Below are positions 15,371 to 30,363 of a stretch of 64,000 bases of DNA, piece by piece. Each line of letters opens with the position of its first letter. Positions within the stretch are counted from its first letter, which is position 1. The DNA is from the human T2T-CHM13v2.0 reference genome, Homo sapiens. The stretch is from assembly GCF_009914755.1 (NCBI RefSeq), contig NC_060947.1; one strand, 5' to 3'. The notes beneath the pieces were generated by a model, which was not told the origin of the DNA, ran no database searches, and saw nothing but the letters and a program-made list of their open reading frames with translations. The position numbers and the translations under genes are program-made.

Positions 15371-16227
15371 CCTACTTGGTCTAATTTCAGTACTCTGAAA
15401 TTTCAATTTCTCATTTCCACTAATCTCTTGATCTCAGTAACATCTTGACTTTTATAGCCATTCTTTTCTATGTCTCATACAGACCTAAACATAGAATGCA
15501 GCTCTTTTTCCATTAATCACCCCTATCAAAAGGATATTACATGTAGAAGCCTTTTGAAAGAAGATGACATTACTCACAACATAATAAACAACTTAACATG
15601 AAATATTATCCCTGTCCAGTCCCATCTCACCGAGTGTCTCATTGTTCAATTTTATTCCTCATGTTTCCTATCTGCCATGTTGCACCTCTTTTTCCCTCCT
15701 CTTCCCTTCCCTTTTCCCCCCTCTCATTATTCTTACCTCCCTTCCACCTCACATCACCTCCATTAAACTCCTGTTTTTCAAGCCAACCATTTTTATAATG
15801 AGAAATTTAATTCTTTCTCCTGTGTTTTATTTTCCCCTTTCAAACAATGCCCAGAGTTGGGGTGAGGGATGTTGGATTCACCATTCAAACTCAAACATGC
15901 CATCTAGACATTTCCTTAAACAAAGAGGTATCTCCCTGGACAAGAATGATGCCTCTTTTCTTTTTTTTTTTTCTTTTTCCTATATCTGTAACAATCCTGA
16001 CACCATAGATGACCCTTTTCTTGATGTAAAAGTGTCTGCAGTTGGTTCTTGTTTTAAATAAAAAGAGTTTCTTTTTCTTCTCACCACACCAATGCCTATG
16101 AGATTTATTATCCTCTTTATTTCACATGATTTGCATCACTTGATTTTATGTATCTCATTTGAAAGTCTGACATTAAACAACAGTTTCCTCAAAATAAAGC
16201 AGACTCCATAAAACCGCTGAAACATCT

Positions 16228-16640
16228 GCCTGACTAGTGTTATATGTCCTCCTTAAAATTCATATGTTGAAGCCCTAACCCCCAGTACCTCTGAATGTGA
16301 CCTTATTTGGAGACAGGGTCTTTACAGAGATAATAGAGTTAAAATGAGGTCATTAGGGTGGGACTAATCCAATATGACTGCTGTCCTTACAAGAAAAGGA
16401 AATGTGGACACGGGCATGAATAGAGAGAAGCTCATGTGAAGATACAGGGGAAGATGACCCTCTGCAAGCCAAAGGAGAGAGGCCTGAAACAGATCCTTCT
16501 CTCACAGCCCTCAGAAAGAACAAGCCCTGTCAATTTCCGGATTTCTGACTTCTAGGTTCCAGAACTATGAGAATAAATTTCTGTTCTTTAAGCCACCTTG
16601 TTTGTGGTACTTTGTTACAGCAGCCTTAGCAAAATTAATA
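16228..16640 (+). mobile_element. MaLR solo LTR (MLT1B-like)
   Basis: ATTCATATGTTGAAGCCCTAACCCCCAG...AATAAATTTCTGTT...TTTGTTACAGCAGCC. Confidence 0.88.
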
Positions 16641-16963
16641 TAACTACAGAGTACAAGTTATTGGGCTTAAAATTCAGGGACATCCAAAATGTGGTCCCAA
16701 CCTCCTTCTCCAGTATTCTCTTACCCTATATACTTTCAACCACCCAAAGCTCCAAATGATACCACTTGCTGTTACTGCATTTGGCTCTACCCCCTCCCAC
16801 ACGCATGCCTTTGCTCAGGCTCTGACCCCTTGCTTGGATGGATCTCTGCCTCTGGCCATCTACCTGCCCTTTAGGGTCCACCTCAAATACGACCTGCTTT
16901 AAAGACTGCTCTGAGTTGTTCACCTAGAAACTCCCTGAAGCCAATCAGACAGATCTGGGTTTG

Positions 16964-16994
<31 letters not shown>

Positions 16995-17273
16995 GAGACG
17001 AAGTCTTACTCTGTTGCCCAGGCTGGAGTGCAATGGTGTGATCTCAGCTCACTGCAACCTCTGCCACCCATTCAAGCAATTCTCCTGCCTCAGCCTCTCA
17101 AGTAGCTGAGACTACAGGCACGCGCCACCACATCCGGCTAATTTTTGTATTTTTAGTAGAGACAGGGTTTTACCATGTTAGCTAGGCTCGTCTCAAACTC
17201 CTGACCTCAATTGATCCTCCTGCCTCCACTTCCCAAAATGCTGGGATTACAGAGGTGAGCCACTGCACCCAGC
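16964..17273 (-). mobile_element. AluSx-like with (TTTTG)n tail, inserted in a MIR
   Basis: Perfect 15-bp TSD ACAGATCTGGGTTTG at 16949-16963 and 17274-17288. Confidence 0.96.
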
Positions 17274-17490
17274 ACAGATCTGGGTTTGAACCTAGCTCCA
17301 CTACTTACTAGTCGTGTGGCCTTGAACAAGATGCTAAATGTATCAGAGTTATATATGAGCGTGAGAAAAGTTACTCATTTCATAAGGTAAGTGTTGCGAA
17401 GCTTGAGTGAGATGATGCCTGTAAGGCGCTTAGCAAAGTGCTTGACACAGAGAAAGCATTGTGGAAATGCAAGCTTTTATTTTTATTTTT
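17274..17490 (+). mobile_element. MIR (split by the Alu)
   Basis: CTGGGTTTGAA...ACTTACTAGTCGTGTGGCCTTGAACAAG. Confidence 0.75.
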
Positions 17491-17889
17491 TATTATCTGA
17501 ATCACAACGGCGTTTTATATAAAGCTCCCTTATGCCACTTATCACATCTGTATTGTCTTGTTAATGGGATTGATCATGTAAATCGCTACTGATTTAAGAC
17601 AATTATGCACAGTCTTCTACAGAATCAAGAGAGCTATCAATCTGTCAGTCCTGACAGTCCTTTCCGTATCCAGGCCAGGTGAAGTTTCCACTCTTGAGTC
17701 AAATTCAGCCTCAGGCTCCACACCTCGTGGTGCCCTTCTGTCACATCCTCTGAGTGTCAACTCTGCAACCCTACTCTCTGTCACTCTGCCGCAAGGGACC
17801 CACAGGCTTTGGTTTCTTGGAGGCTGCCCAGCAGGTTTTCATGCCAGAGTCATTGTTAATAAGTTTGGTATTATAGTCCTTTGTCAATT

Positions 17890-18100
17890 AAGTCCTTCAG
17901 CACCAGACAAACCTGGGCTTTATTCCCAAGACCATCATCGTAAGCTGTGTGACTGACCTTGGGCAAAGTACTTGACATCTCTAGGACTCACTTTACTTAT
18001 CTGTAAAATTAAGATAATAATTATTCTACCTAATAGGTGCCTGTGAGGAAGCAGTCTAAGGAAACGGTATTTGGCACTACTGAGCACTAAGTAAAAAATG
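17890..18100 (+). mobile_element. MIR
   Basis: GCTGTGTGAC...CTTGGGCAA...ATCTGTAAAAT core. Confidence 0.78.
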
Positions 18101-18569
18101 CCATTATCACCACATTTCTTATAATTCATAGTAGATTATAAAGTCCTTGAGGATGGAAAATATCTGCACATAGCAGACTCTATAAAAGTTTGTTGAATTA
18201 AATTCTGAATTTTGATGTAAACAAACCTGAAATGTTTATATCCATGACATTTATTCTGAAAGAAACAGGCTTGCATCTAAATGAAATTAGAACAGAGAAG
18301 TACATTGTTTGGATATGATCAAGCTTAAGTTATAATACTATGTAGCTAACAGATAAAGTGGGTTGGAATTTTCCATGTCATTTTTGCTATTCAGGAAGAG
18401 GACCAATGAAAAGTGTTGAATGAACAATTCACTGGGTTGTTTTATTTGAGCTTCATTTCCACAGTTAGGAGAAAATATAACCACTTGAAATTTTAATTGT
18501 CTTTCCCAGGTGATGACGGCCAGATCTGGTAATGTGAATTAACCTCCATTTTTAACATCCCTTTTTTGG

Positions 18570-18721
18570 TGGGCTCAGTGGCTCACAGCTGTAGTCCCAG
18601 CTACTCAGGAGGCTGAGGTGGGAGGATCGCATGAGCCTGGGAGTTCGAGGTCACAGTGAGTTATCATCATGCCACTGCATTCCAGCCTGGGTGACACAGC
18701 AAGGCCCTGTCTCAAAAAAAA
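18570..18721 (+). mobile_element. Alu monomer (FRAM/FAM-like)
   Basis: Single right-type arm; TCCCTTTTT on both sides. Confidence 0.88.
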
Positions 18722-19444
18722 GTCCCTTTTTGGATAGTTGACATTGTCAAATCACCTTTCCTCTCACAGAGATTTAAAAGCAAAAACAAAACAAAACTTT
18801 TATGGTATAATTGTACAGTTCAGGGGGAAACTGAGCCAGGGAAGTTGAGCCTGGGGGTCTACAGGCTGCAGTATGTCAAGGGGGTCCATGTGGAAATCCA
18901 AACCCTTGAGATATTTTTTTGAAACCTCAGTAGATAGAAGCTGGGAGAAAAGAAAAGCAACAACAACAAAATGTTATTTCCAAGTGGCAAGCAGTTTCTT
19001 TCTAGCAAGTAGTGGAGTTGTCAATGTTCCTTTAAAGGAGACCTTTCCTTTGTTCTGGGAGAAAACACCCAAATGAACCCTTTATGCAGTTGTTAAACAA
19101 AGACTTTCTTCTGAAGTGAAGATGGGAATTCAATTTCCTCCTTTCAGGGTGATAATGTTAAAGGTACCCTCTTTGGAAGCAGAGCTACATCTCTGTAGAC
19201 CAGGATACATTGAGAGAAAGTATGTCTCTGCTGGAAGAGAAGTGGCACAGTGTCCATCCCCTGCCTCATTCTCTGGACCCATTTTGGGCCTTGTAGTTAG
19301 AGGAGTGGGTCAGAAGTAAATTGCAACTCTTTCCAGAGGAGATTTTATGATATTCTATACATAAGATAAACTGCTTTGGGGCCACGATGACAAAACGGAA
19401 CAGAGTTGGGAAAAGGACCATTATCTTGGCCTCTTCATCTATCT

Positions 19445-19572
19445 TTTCATTCATATGTTCAACAAATCCTTATCACAAACCTACTTTGCACTAGGCACTG
19501 CACTAAGTGCTAGAGAGAGTGGTGAACCAGATATTCCAGATGCCTCTCTTCATATCCCTTACATTCTGGTGG
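19445..19572 (-). mobile_element. L2 3' fragment
   Basis: TTCATTCA...CAACAAAT...CTAGGCACTG. Confidence 0.6.
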
Positions 19573-20132
19573 TGTATTAGTTATCTATTGCTGCATAACA
19601 AATTATCCCAAAACTTCGTGGCTTAAAACAACAAATACTTATTATCTCAGTTTCTGTGGATCAGGAATATTGTTGTGGCTTAGCTGAATGCATCTGGCTC
19701 AGGTCTCTCACAAGGCTGCACTTGAGGTATCAGCCACGGTTGCAGTCACCTCAAGGCTTCATTGAGGGAGGACCTGCTTTTAAGCTCACTCATACGGCTG
19801 CTGGGCAGGCCTCAGACTCTTGCTGGCCATTGGCCTGAAACATCAGTTCCTTGCTACATGTACCTCTCCATAGGGTTACTCAAAAGATGGCAGCTGGTTT
19901 CCTCCAGAGTGAGGGCTCAAAGAGGGAGAGAGGCAAGAAGGAAGTTACAGGTTTTTTTTTTTTTCAATCTAATCTCAAAAGTTACATTCCATAACGCTTG
20001 CAAGGCTCTGTTTTACAGAAGCAAGACCAAGTCACTAGGTTGAGCCCACACACAAGGGTAGGAAGATACATAAGGGCAGGAATTCCAGGAAGCTGGGATC
20101 ACTGGGAGCCATCTTAAAGACTATCGACCACA
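19573..20132 (-). mobile_element. MaLR solo LTR (MLT1F/G-like)
   Basis: TGTATTAGTTATCTATTGCTGCATAACAAATTA...GGAGCCATCTT...ACCACA. Confidence 0.85.
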
Positions 20133-20347
20133 GGTAACAGAGTCAAGCACTACTCTGGCTCCCCCCAAATCACTGGCCATTGTGAATGTATATTTTCCCA
20201 TTATATTCCAAACTTGTTTTTGCTGGTATAGTAGAGGAAAGCTACCGTTTTGAGGGTACAGGCATCACTCATACTTAGTGCCTAAAAACATGTTAGCTAA
20301 CAAATTTCCAAAAAGCAGGAGCCCATAATCTATTGCTTATTGGGGGG

Positions 20348-20646
20348 TTGTTTTTGTTTTTTAGAGACGGGGTCTCACTCTGTCACCCATGCTGGCATGC
20401 AGTGGCATAATCATAGCTCACTGCAGCCTTGACCTCCTGGGCTCAAGCAATCCTCCTGCCTCAACCTCTCAAGTAGTTAGGAATATAAGCACATGCCACA
20501 TCTACAATTTTTTTTTTTTGGGTAGTGATGGGCTGCAAATGTGGCTATGTTGCCCAGTCTGTTCTCAAACTCCTGGGCTCAAGCTATCCTCCCACCTCAA
20601 CTTCCCAAAGTGCTGAGATTACAGGCATGAGCCACTGCTCCCAGCC
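20348..20646 (-). mobile_element. AluJ
   Basis: Reverse dimer. Confidence 0.93.
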
Positions 20647-21161
20647 GAGTTTATTGTTTCAAATTTTAAAAAGGTATTCCCAGCCTATCTAGTAATTCCA
20701 ATTCCCTCAAATATCACTAAAGCACTTTTAGATACCTGTATAGTCATCAATCAATAATTTCAATATAATGCAAAGCATTTAAAATAGTAATTACCTAATT
20801 AATTAACCCTTAATGACTCCATTTGTGGCTATGTTTGCATGCAATATGCAAAGATACGGTACAGCGTCAAATGCAGTAATTTTCCTTCTAAGCTGCAACA
20901 ATCACATACTTTAATGTAAATAAACAATAAATATGTTAAAGATACATAATTGTTACAAATGACATTTGGCAAAATAAACATAGTGGTAAAATTTTAAATG
21001 ATGTATGCATATGGGTCCATTATAGCAGGTCTTCAATTCAGATAGTGAAATCTGGGCATAAATTTTTATGTCAGTCTAGGGACTATTTGGAAAGTGAGAG
21101 TGAAAGCTACCTGTATTTATTTTTTATTTACCATGTTTCAAAAATCTCTCATTAGTACTAA

Positions 21162-21486
<325 letters not shown>

Positions 21487-21639
21487 AGTTCATTCTCTTA
21501 TAGTTTACAAAAGGAAATCAAAGTGTCACTAAATAATGACCATTCTTGCCTCCACCTTGTTCAATAGCTAGACTTCTTGTTTTTACTCTTGGCTTATAAC
21601 ATTGGCTATAAAGTAAGCCCTGTTAAGGTTAGTTTTATT

Positions 21640-23440
21640 GAATAAATAAAAACACATACCATGATTTTTCATGGAAAGTTTAACTATAATAAAAATGGTA
21701 ATTCTTCCAAAATGAATAAGTTTAATGCAATTCCAATTAGAATTCCATCGTTTTTGTATTGCATTATTTTATAACAGTATGTTATCTTCATGCTTAGATA
21801 GAAAAATAAATGTCTAAGAATATCTAATAAAATTATAGAAAAGACAAATAGTAAAAGATATTTGCCATCCCAGGTTTAAAATATATTACAAAGCCTTTGC
21901 AGAATAATATAATATTGGCATATGAATAGACAAATAGTTCAGTGGAACAAAAAAGTATAGAAATAGAGACCAGTGTATATGAGACTTTGATATATGACAA
22001 AGATGGTAATTCAATTGAGTAGGAAAGGGTTAGTTTATTTAATCAAAAAGTATCTGGCACAATTGACTACCATTGAGTTTCACTATCCACCATACCCCAC
22101 TTTTAAAAGTAAATTTCAGACATGGTACAAGAATAAGTTTAATAAAATAATGACTGCAAGAACACTTAGGCAAACATATATGTAATGCAGTAGGTTTGGC
22201 AACCTTTTAACTGAGATAGAACACCCAGAAACTATAAAGCAAAGCCTAAACATATTGGTTATATAATTTTTTAAACATTTCTATGAAAAATACCATAAGC
22301 AAACTGAAAGACAAATGATATGTTGGGAAATAAAACATACATATGCCAGATAAAAGATTAACATCCAAAATACTCAAATAGCTCATTCGAATTCATAAGA
22401 CAAACAACACGGTAGGAAAATAAACAAAGAATATGAAGTGCAAATCCTAATGTTCATTAAACAATAGCAGTTTGAGAAAAGCAAATTTTAAACACATAAG
22501 GAGATATTTGTCACTCCTTTGATTGGCAAATGTTTAAGCGCTAACACCTACTGTTTGGCAGGACAGGAAAGGAGAACTATACTCTCATATATTTATGTGA
22601 GTAGTTACACCCTTTTTGGGAAAGCAATCCAGAAATATCTATAAAAATCAAAACTATCCATACCCTTTGTCTGAGCAATTCCACTCCTGTAAATCTATCC
22701 CAAATTAAAAAAAAATACCAGTATGAACAGAGTTACACAAATATATACACGAAGATATTTACAGCAGTATTGTTTCTATAGTGACAGAAAACTAGTAACA
22801 AAAGGCACGCCTTTCCACAGAGAAAGAAATGAATTAATAGTGAATCTATACCAAGGAATATTACAGGCATTAAAAGGAATTAATTAGATCCATACCAGTA
22901 AACGTGGAGGAATTTTACTGTTGAGAAAGAAAAGCTAGAGGCAAGGTAAAGTATATAACTTGATACTTTTTTATGAACAACTGTTTTTAAATCCTATATA
23001 TGTATATGTCTATTTTCTAAAAAAAATTTTTTAGAGACAGGGTCATGCTATGTTGCCTAGGCTGGACTTGAACTCCTGGGCTCAAGCAATCCTCTCACCT
23101 CAGCCTCCTGAGTAGCTGGGACTAAAGGCAGGCACCACCATGCCTGGCTTTATATCTGCTTATTTTTAACATAGTTATATGAACCTGAAGAAAGAGATGA
23201 AGAATATACACACCCAATTGTTAACACTGGGTTAACTAGGGTAACAAGGAAGCAACTAAAAGTTGTAAAACTGCATGTGTGTGTAAATACACACAAGAGG
23301 TGAATGAGAGGAGAGCAACCAACATATTAATGGTAGTTATTTCAGGGTGATGAAATTGCGGGTGATTTTTCACTTTATTCCTTACATTTTTCCCTATTTT
23401 ATTTTTGTATTTTTAACTGCAAACATGTTAGTTATCTAAT
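21640..23440 (+). mobile_element. Old L1 (L1ME-like) ORF2 end and 3' UTR
   Basis: TTTAATGCAATTCCAAT; AATAGACAAATAG; GCAATTCCACTCCTG. Confidence 0.72.
23025..23148 (-). mobile_element. Alu monomer (FLAM-like)
   Basis: Single reverse arm. Confidence 0.87.
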
Positions 23441-24115
23441 CAGAAAAAAAAGAATGTCTGTTTTTATGGAATAAAAGACAGGAAGAAGAAAGCAGTATTT
23501 AGTTTAGTTTTTTGTGTGTGTGCCAGTGTCACTTGCCAAAATAGTGTTTAGTTTCAAACGGCTGTGCATGGATGGAATTGAACACAGCTAGAAACAGAGA
23601 AAATGATTTGGAAGCTATCACAATAGTGTAGGTGTGCCGTGATAATGATCTATCCTAGGGTGACGGCTAATCAAACAGAAAGAAAGGAATATAGTTAAAA
23701 ATTGCTTTGGAAAAGGGACCAAGAAGGCTTGGCAATTTGGGGGCACCCACACGTCCACGCACACCACTCCAAAGCATTAAACCAGAGCATGCAGGACAGT
23801 TCTTCAGTTGCATGGGTCAATGGCACTGTGGTACTGAGGTTTGTGACTCCTAATAGTTGGTATTCCCATAAGCAAAACAGGCAGGGTTACAGCATTTTTA
23901 TTTTCACTAAGAACCTCATCAGTCCTTAGCCAGGCATATTTCCTTTGCTCAAAGGTGAACGGGGAGAAGTTTTTGTTTTTTAAGAGGGATAGGGAGCGAC
24001 TATAGTAGACTTTGCTGTGGGATCATTTTTATCAGTTAAGCCACTGTACAAATTCTTATAAGTGAAATACTCATGTATGCATATATAAATGTACATGGGT
24101 TTATAGACATAAACA

Positions 24116-24504
24116 CAGTCGTGTCCCACATAAGGACATTTCAGTCAAGGACAGATTACATATATGACGAAGGTCTCATAATAATGGGAAATTACTGAAA
24201 AATTCCTGTTGTCTAGTGATATCACAGCCATCCTAACGTCATAGGGTCACACATTACCTTTTTTATGTTTACATATGTTTTGAGTATTTAGCATTGTGTT
24301 ATATTTGCTAAAAATATTCAGTACGGCAATTTGCTGTACAGGTTTGTAGCCTAGGAATAATAGGCTATACATATGGCCGAGGTGTGTAGTAGGCTATTCC
24401 ATCTAGGCTTGTGTAAGGACACTCTGTGAGGTTTGTACAACAGAGGAATCATCTGATGACGCATTTCTCAGAATATAGCCCCACCATTAAGCAATGCATG
24501 ACTA
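24116..24504 (+). mobile_element. Tigger3-family (TcMar) non-autonomous DNA transposon
   Basis: TIR-like CAGTCGTG...CATGACT ends; internal GCTGTACAGGTTTGTAGCCTAGGA and GACGCATTTCTCAGAA. Confidence 0.82.
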
Positions 24505-25084
24505 TATATGTTTTTCTACCACTTTATCTACCTATATGCCTATCTATCTGTGTATTTAAACTTTCTTTTGTTCAGGAAAGGATTTAAAGTGGTTCCTAAA
24601 TACATAACATTTTGTACTTTGAAGAGAGCTACCTCTTGAAAAATAAGTTCCTTCAGCCTTTACTTTCAGGCCGTGTGTCTCTGTCTGTAAGGTCCAGGAA
24701 AGAGCATTATCAATCTGGTGACTTTGGCTAACTGAAATGCTAAAGTAAACTTTCTGAGAATTGTTCCAATCTATCACTGTACAAATGATTTGGAAGATGG
24801 TCAAACAGTCTAAATCCCATTTGTTGCAGCCAATTCAGTCAATAAATGCTTGCTGAACTGCATGTTATAGTCAATATAAGCAGGCATTGAACAACTCTAA
24901 CTTCAAAAGCAGGTCCAAAAAAGGAGATAATCATCTGTAAAGCGCTCCAAAGTCAGGCAGTTATGGTCATAGCTAAAGTGAGACCCTGCTGACACAAACC
25001 CTGTTCATCTCCAGCAAAGTTTGCTTTTGCCTAGAATGTCTTTCCATATCCTTACTGCCCCCTGCTTCTTCCCCATGAAGGCAG

Positions 25085-25245
25085 CTTGATATAGTGGAGA
25101 CAGGGAAGCCTGAGTTCAAAGCCTAACTCTGACATTGACTAGCTATGTGACTTTAGATGATTCATTTGGTCTCTCTGAGCCTCAATTTCCCCATCTGCAA
25201 AATGGAAATAATCATAGCTAGATCACAAGGTTTCACTGAGGGTTA
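25085..25245 (+). mobile_element. MIR
   Basis: CTCTCTGAGCCTCAATTTCCCCATCTGCAAAATGG. Confidence 0.8.
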
Positions 25246-25294
25246 AGCCTGAAGTTCCTGGCTCTGATTAATATTAATTCATTCTCTTACCCCC

Positions 25295-25620
25295 TTCTCT
25301 GCCTTGATAAATTCAACTTATTCTTCTAGGCCCACTAAAAATGTCACCTCCTTTGTGACACCTTCCTTCAACCTCTCTACAGATATAGTTAATTGTGCCT
25401 TCCTCTGCACATTCATAGCACTTGGATCAGATCCATACTACTAGACTACTTACTTACCACTAGACTACTTACCACATTACATGATTTTCATATCTGTCTC
25501 AATAGAGTCAAGGCTCTTTGAGGCCATGGCCTATATTGTATTCATTTTTATATGCCACAGTATCTTGTAACTGTGCCAGTGCTCACATATAATAGATACT
25601 CAGTAAATATTTGCCAATGA
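25295..25620 (+). mobile_element. L2 3' fragment
   Basis: AAATGTCACCTCCTTTGTGA...CTCAGTAAATATTTG. Confidence 0.65.
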
Positions 25621-26506
25621 GTGTTCAGGTATAAGCAAAGAAATAATACCAGTTTGATATTTCAAGTAAGTCTGGTGGTATGACCTAGTTAAGTGTCTCA
25701 CTTTGAGGTTTTGGTTTGCTTTTGCATCATTCATCTATAGAGTTGTCTAAGAGGGTAAAGAGACCTGTTGGCAAGAGAAGAAACAATGTGTCTACTTTAT
25801 TTAGATTTTTAAAAGACCTTTGACAACTAGGCATAATTCCAAGGAAAACTTTGCATGTAGGCAGAAAACTGCCTCCACAGCCACTCCACCTCCTCATGCT
25901 GAAATCCTACCCTTTCCCATGCTGTCTTTGGTATCACTTCCCGCAGGAAGCCTTTCCTGATTCCCCCTACCTCATGGGGTTCCACGCTGCTCTGGATGGC
26001 AGGTGCATTTTGCCTGTCCTCTTTTGTGGCACATCGAATAGTTTGTTTTTCATATATAGAGTTCCTTGAATATGTGTCTAATCCCCCTACCAGGCAAAGA
26101 ACAAGAGAGAAGAAGTGGGTCTTACCTCTAGCATCCCTGCAGCATCTAGTATGAGACTGTATACATAGTAGGTATGTAATCTACCATTGTAATCAATGGA
26201 TTGAATATATAAACGAGTGCCCGCTGAGTGAGAGACACTGCATGTAAAAGCCCTGCTAGAATGGTCAAAGGTGAATCTCCCAGGAATGTTGACATCAGAG
26301 AAGGGGAAGAGGAAACAAAGGCAACCAGCTTTTATTGAGTATGTGCTCTTTAAGCTCTTTCATATGCAGGAAGAAAAATCGATTTGGGTGTCTATTACGT
26401 GCTAGGCTCTGTGTTAAGCATTTGGTCATACATTGTCTCATCTGGTCTCCTGACAAGAACCCTAAGGGACAGTCTTATTCTCCCCTTCATCACTTTTATC
26501 CTTTCC

Positions 26507-26525
26507 ATATATATATATGTGTGCA

Positions 26526-26570
<45 letters not shown>

Positions 26571-26891
26571 ATATATATATATATATATGTGTGTATATAT
26601 ATATACACACACACATACACACACAACACACATATATATGTGTGTGTGTGAGTGTGTGTCGAAAGGGTCTGATATAATAGATATATATAATATCAACATA
26701 TATAGATAGATATCAACATATATATGTGAGTGTGTATATATATATATATGTGTGTGTATCCTTCTATGATATCAACCCCTTTCAAGGGTCTGATTATATA
26801 GATGTATATTTCAACATATATATATATCAACATATATACACATATATCAACATGTATATATGTATGTATATCTTTATATTATATCAGACCC
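26507..26891. repeat. Compound (TA)/(TG)/(CA) microsatellite with an embedded inverted-repeat cassette
   Basis: Seen directly; detailed in findings. Confidence 0.93.
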
Positions 26892-27238
26892 ACAGCCAAG
26901 GAAAAGGTACAGTTCCTGATCATAAGAGGTTCACCAGATGAGTGAGAAAGACATTCATGTAAACAGACTATACAGAACAATAAGAAATCACAATACAGAA
27001 CAATAAGAAATATTTTGTAAAAGAACTTTGAGAAAGTTTCATACTTAAAGATTTTTTAAGCCTACTATGTTTGTTATCAAGACAACACTTACAAGTGCAG
27101 TCATGACTTCTGTAATCCAATCTGTTCTCCATGTCCTTTATTCTCAGCTGATGGCTTAATCTGCTCACTGGAATGATAAAGACCATCCTGTATGAGCAAT
27201 CTGGCTGCTGCAAGTCACCTTTAAAGTTAGGCCTGAGA

Positions 27239-27850
<612 letters not shown>

Positions 27851-28149
27851 ACCATTTTGTGCTCTTTGATACAATAAAAACAACACAAAAAATTAACTAT
27901 CATGGACTTGACCTCAACATACTGTACCTTGCTGAATCTCTCCTGGACTCTGCATATGAAAGCACTGCCATCATCACTCCCTGCTATCCACATCCTTCAC
28001 CCTGGAACCAGTGACTTCCTTTAAGACAAATCCAGGGCCTTTTCTCCATTCTTATAAGCCCCGACCACTGCAGCACTTAGCCAATATTGCTGTAAGACCC
28101 CAGTTACTACTTGGACCAAGACAACAGGAACAAGTTTGGATCTCCATCC

Positions 28150-28820
28150 CCACTGCTACTGCCTTATAGCCAATCATCTTGCCATCTCCTGGATAGAAAC
28201 TGTGGGTTTCTGTCACATTTCCTGACTGTGTTCGATGCATTGTGCTTGAGCATCTTGAGTCCTCTTTTAATACCTTATTCTCAAAAACACAAACCTGATC
28301 ATGTTGATTCCCTATTTAAAACTCTCCACTAGTTTCCCACTCTCTTCCAGCAGGATGTCCAAGGCTCTTCATGCCCCAGCCCCTTCTTGTTCCTTCAGTC
28401 TCATCTCCCATCACTCCACACCTTCCTTAATCCCTACTTTTGACTTAGCCAAGCTATTAAAGCTCCCTGTAAATGCTACGCCCTTCAGTGCCCCAATACC
28501 TTGGCAAATAATGCTGCCTTTGCCTAGAAAATCTTTCTCCTAGCCCCCTTCTCCAGGGAAACTCCAACTACTCCTTTGACCTCAACTCAGATTCAGCTTC
28601 CCTGGGACCAGCCCCATCAATATACCCAACTATGTTGTACTCTCCTATGGCCCTCTATGAAATGATCAGAGCACTTATCTCACTACTATAATTGTTTGGC
28701 TCTTCTGCTAAACTATAAAGGCCTAAAAGATGAGAACTTTTAAAAAAATCTCTGTATTCCCACTCTCCAGCATAGTGCGTGGCACATGGCCGACACAATA
28801 AATGTTTGCTGAATGACTGT
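28150..28820 (+). mobile_element. L2 3' region
   Basis: AAACCTGATCATGT...TGGCACAT...CAATAAATGTTTGCTGAATG. Confidence 0.72.
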
Positions 28821-29057
28821 GAATTTCTTGTATTAATTAACGAGTGTCTTTATACCAAAAAAAGACCCATCTCAGTGCAGCTTAGCATGAGACAAAAACA
28901 GCAGGGAACACACAGAAGAGAACATGTAGGACTTAGACAAAGAGAAAAAGATAGAAATCCAGAATACACCAGAACAGCAACAATTTCCTAATCACAAAAG
29001 ATAGGGGTCTTCCCCAATTCCTTACTGAAGAGGAAATTGAAAATAACATTAGAACTT

Positions 29058-29438
<381 letters not shown>

Positions 29439-30339
29439 CTAAGAGTTATGTTGCCTGCATTGAGTCATTTTTAGCTAAGTCTTTTTGTTGTGTTAAAGTA
29501 CTGTTAGCTGAACTGTATGGACTCCACCTGGCAAATGCAGTTAAAGTTCCGATGCCCAGAGGGGGAAGACCAGGAAAGGAGCAGATTTTCCCAGATGGGA
29601 CCTTGACATGGCTTATGTTTCTGCTTGGGAGTGCTACCAGGACCACATTCGCAGCCGCTCTCACATTTGCTCCTCACAGCTGCACTGAGCACCAAGCCGA
29701 GGAGGTATTATTATCCCCATTTCAGAAATGAGGAAACGAAAACTGCAAGATTAAATAAGTTGATTTTTGTTCCTCCTGCCTGGGGCCCCCAAGATAACAG
29801 CAGCAGCTTCACCAATATTCCTGCACCTGCCTTAGTCCAGTCCCTCCTATGGTAATCCCCAAATTTTGGAGCTAAGAGGCTTCCGTAATGATCTGCCTCA
29901 AGCCTCCGTGTTTCACAGTGAACTCATGTTTTTAGCACTTTCACCAACCTGGGGGAGGAAAAGCAAAGGGAGACTGGCCAGAAACCAGCTCCTTAAATCC
30001 CTCGGTTTCCCCAGCAGGGGCCCAGGCTGCATCATGTGCTCTTGCCAGTCACTGAGATTTTCCTCTGCAGTTGCTGGTATCCATATGCTCCACTTGTGGC
30101 CTTAGCTCATCTCTGCTGCTGTGGCCCCTAGCCTCAATGTATTCAAATAACAGAAACTCAGCAGCAGAGCCGTGATGTGACTTGCCCTATGAATCCAGGG
30201 AAGGGAGGAGCAGATACTGGACTTGACATCAGTTTTTCTGACTGCCAGTGAAGAGCTCTGTTTACCACACCATGCTGTCTTTTAAAAGGCAACAGAAGCT
30301 GGGGCATGTCAAACAGTATCGTATCACATGAAGAGCTTT

Positions 30340-30363
30340 GCTGCTGCTGCTGCTGCTGCTGCT
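30340..30363 (+). repeat. (GCT)8 / (CAG)n trinucleotide repeat
   Basis: 8 perfect units. Confidence 0.97.

Noticed and set aside
18491-18534. + strand micro-exon candidate (CCCAG|19 nt|GTAATG)
   Set aside because: Not frame-preserving, weak donor, no other support
26335-26941. Tyr/Ile-rich ORFs on both strands
   Set aside because: Microsatellite translation
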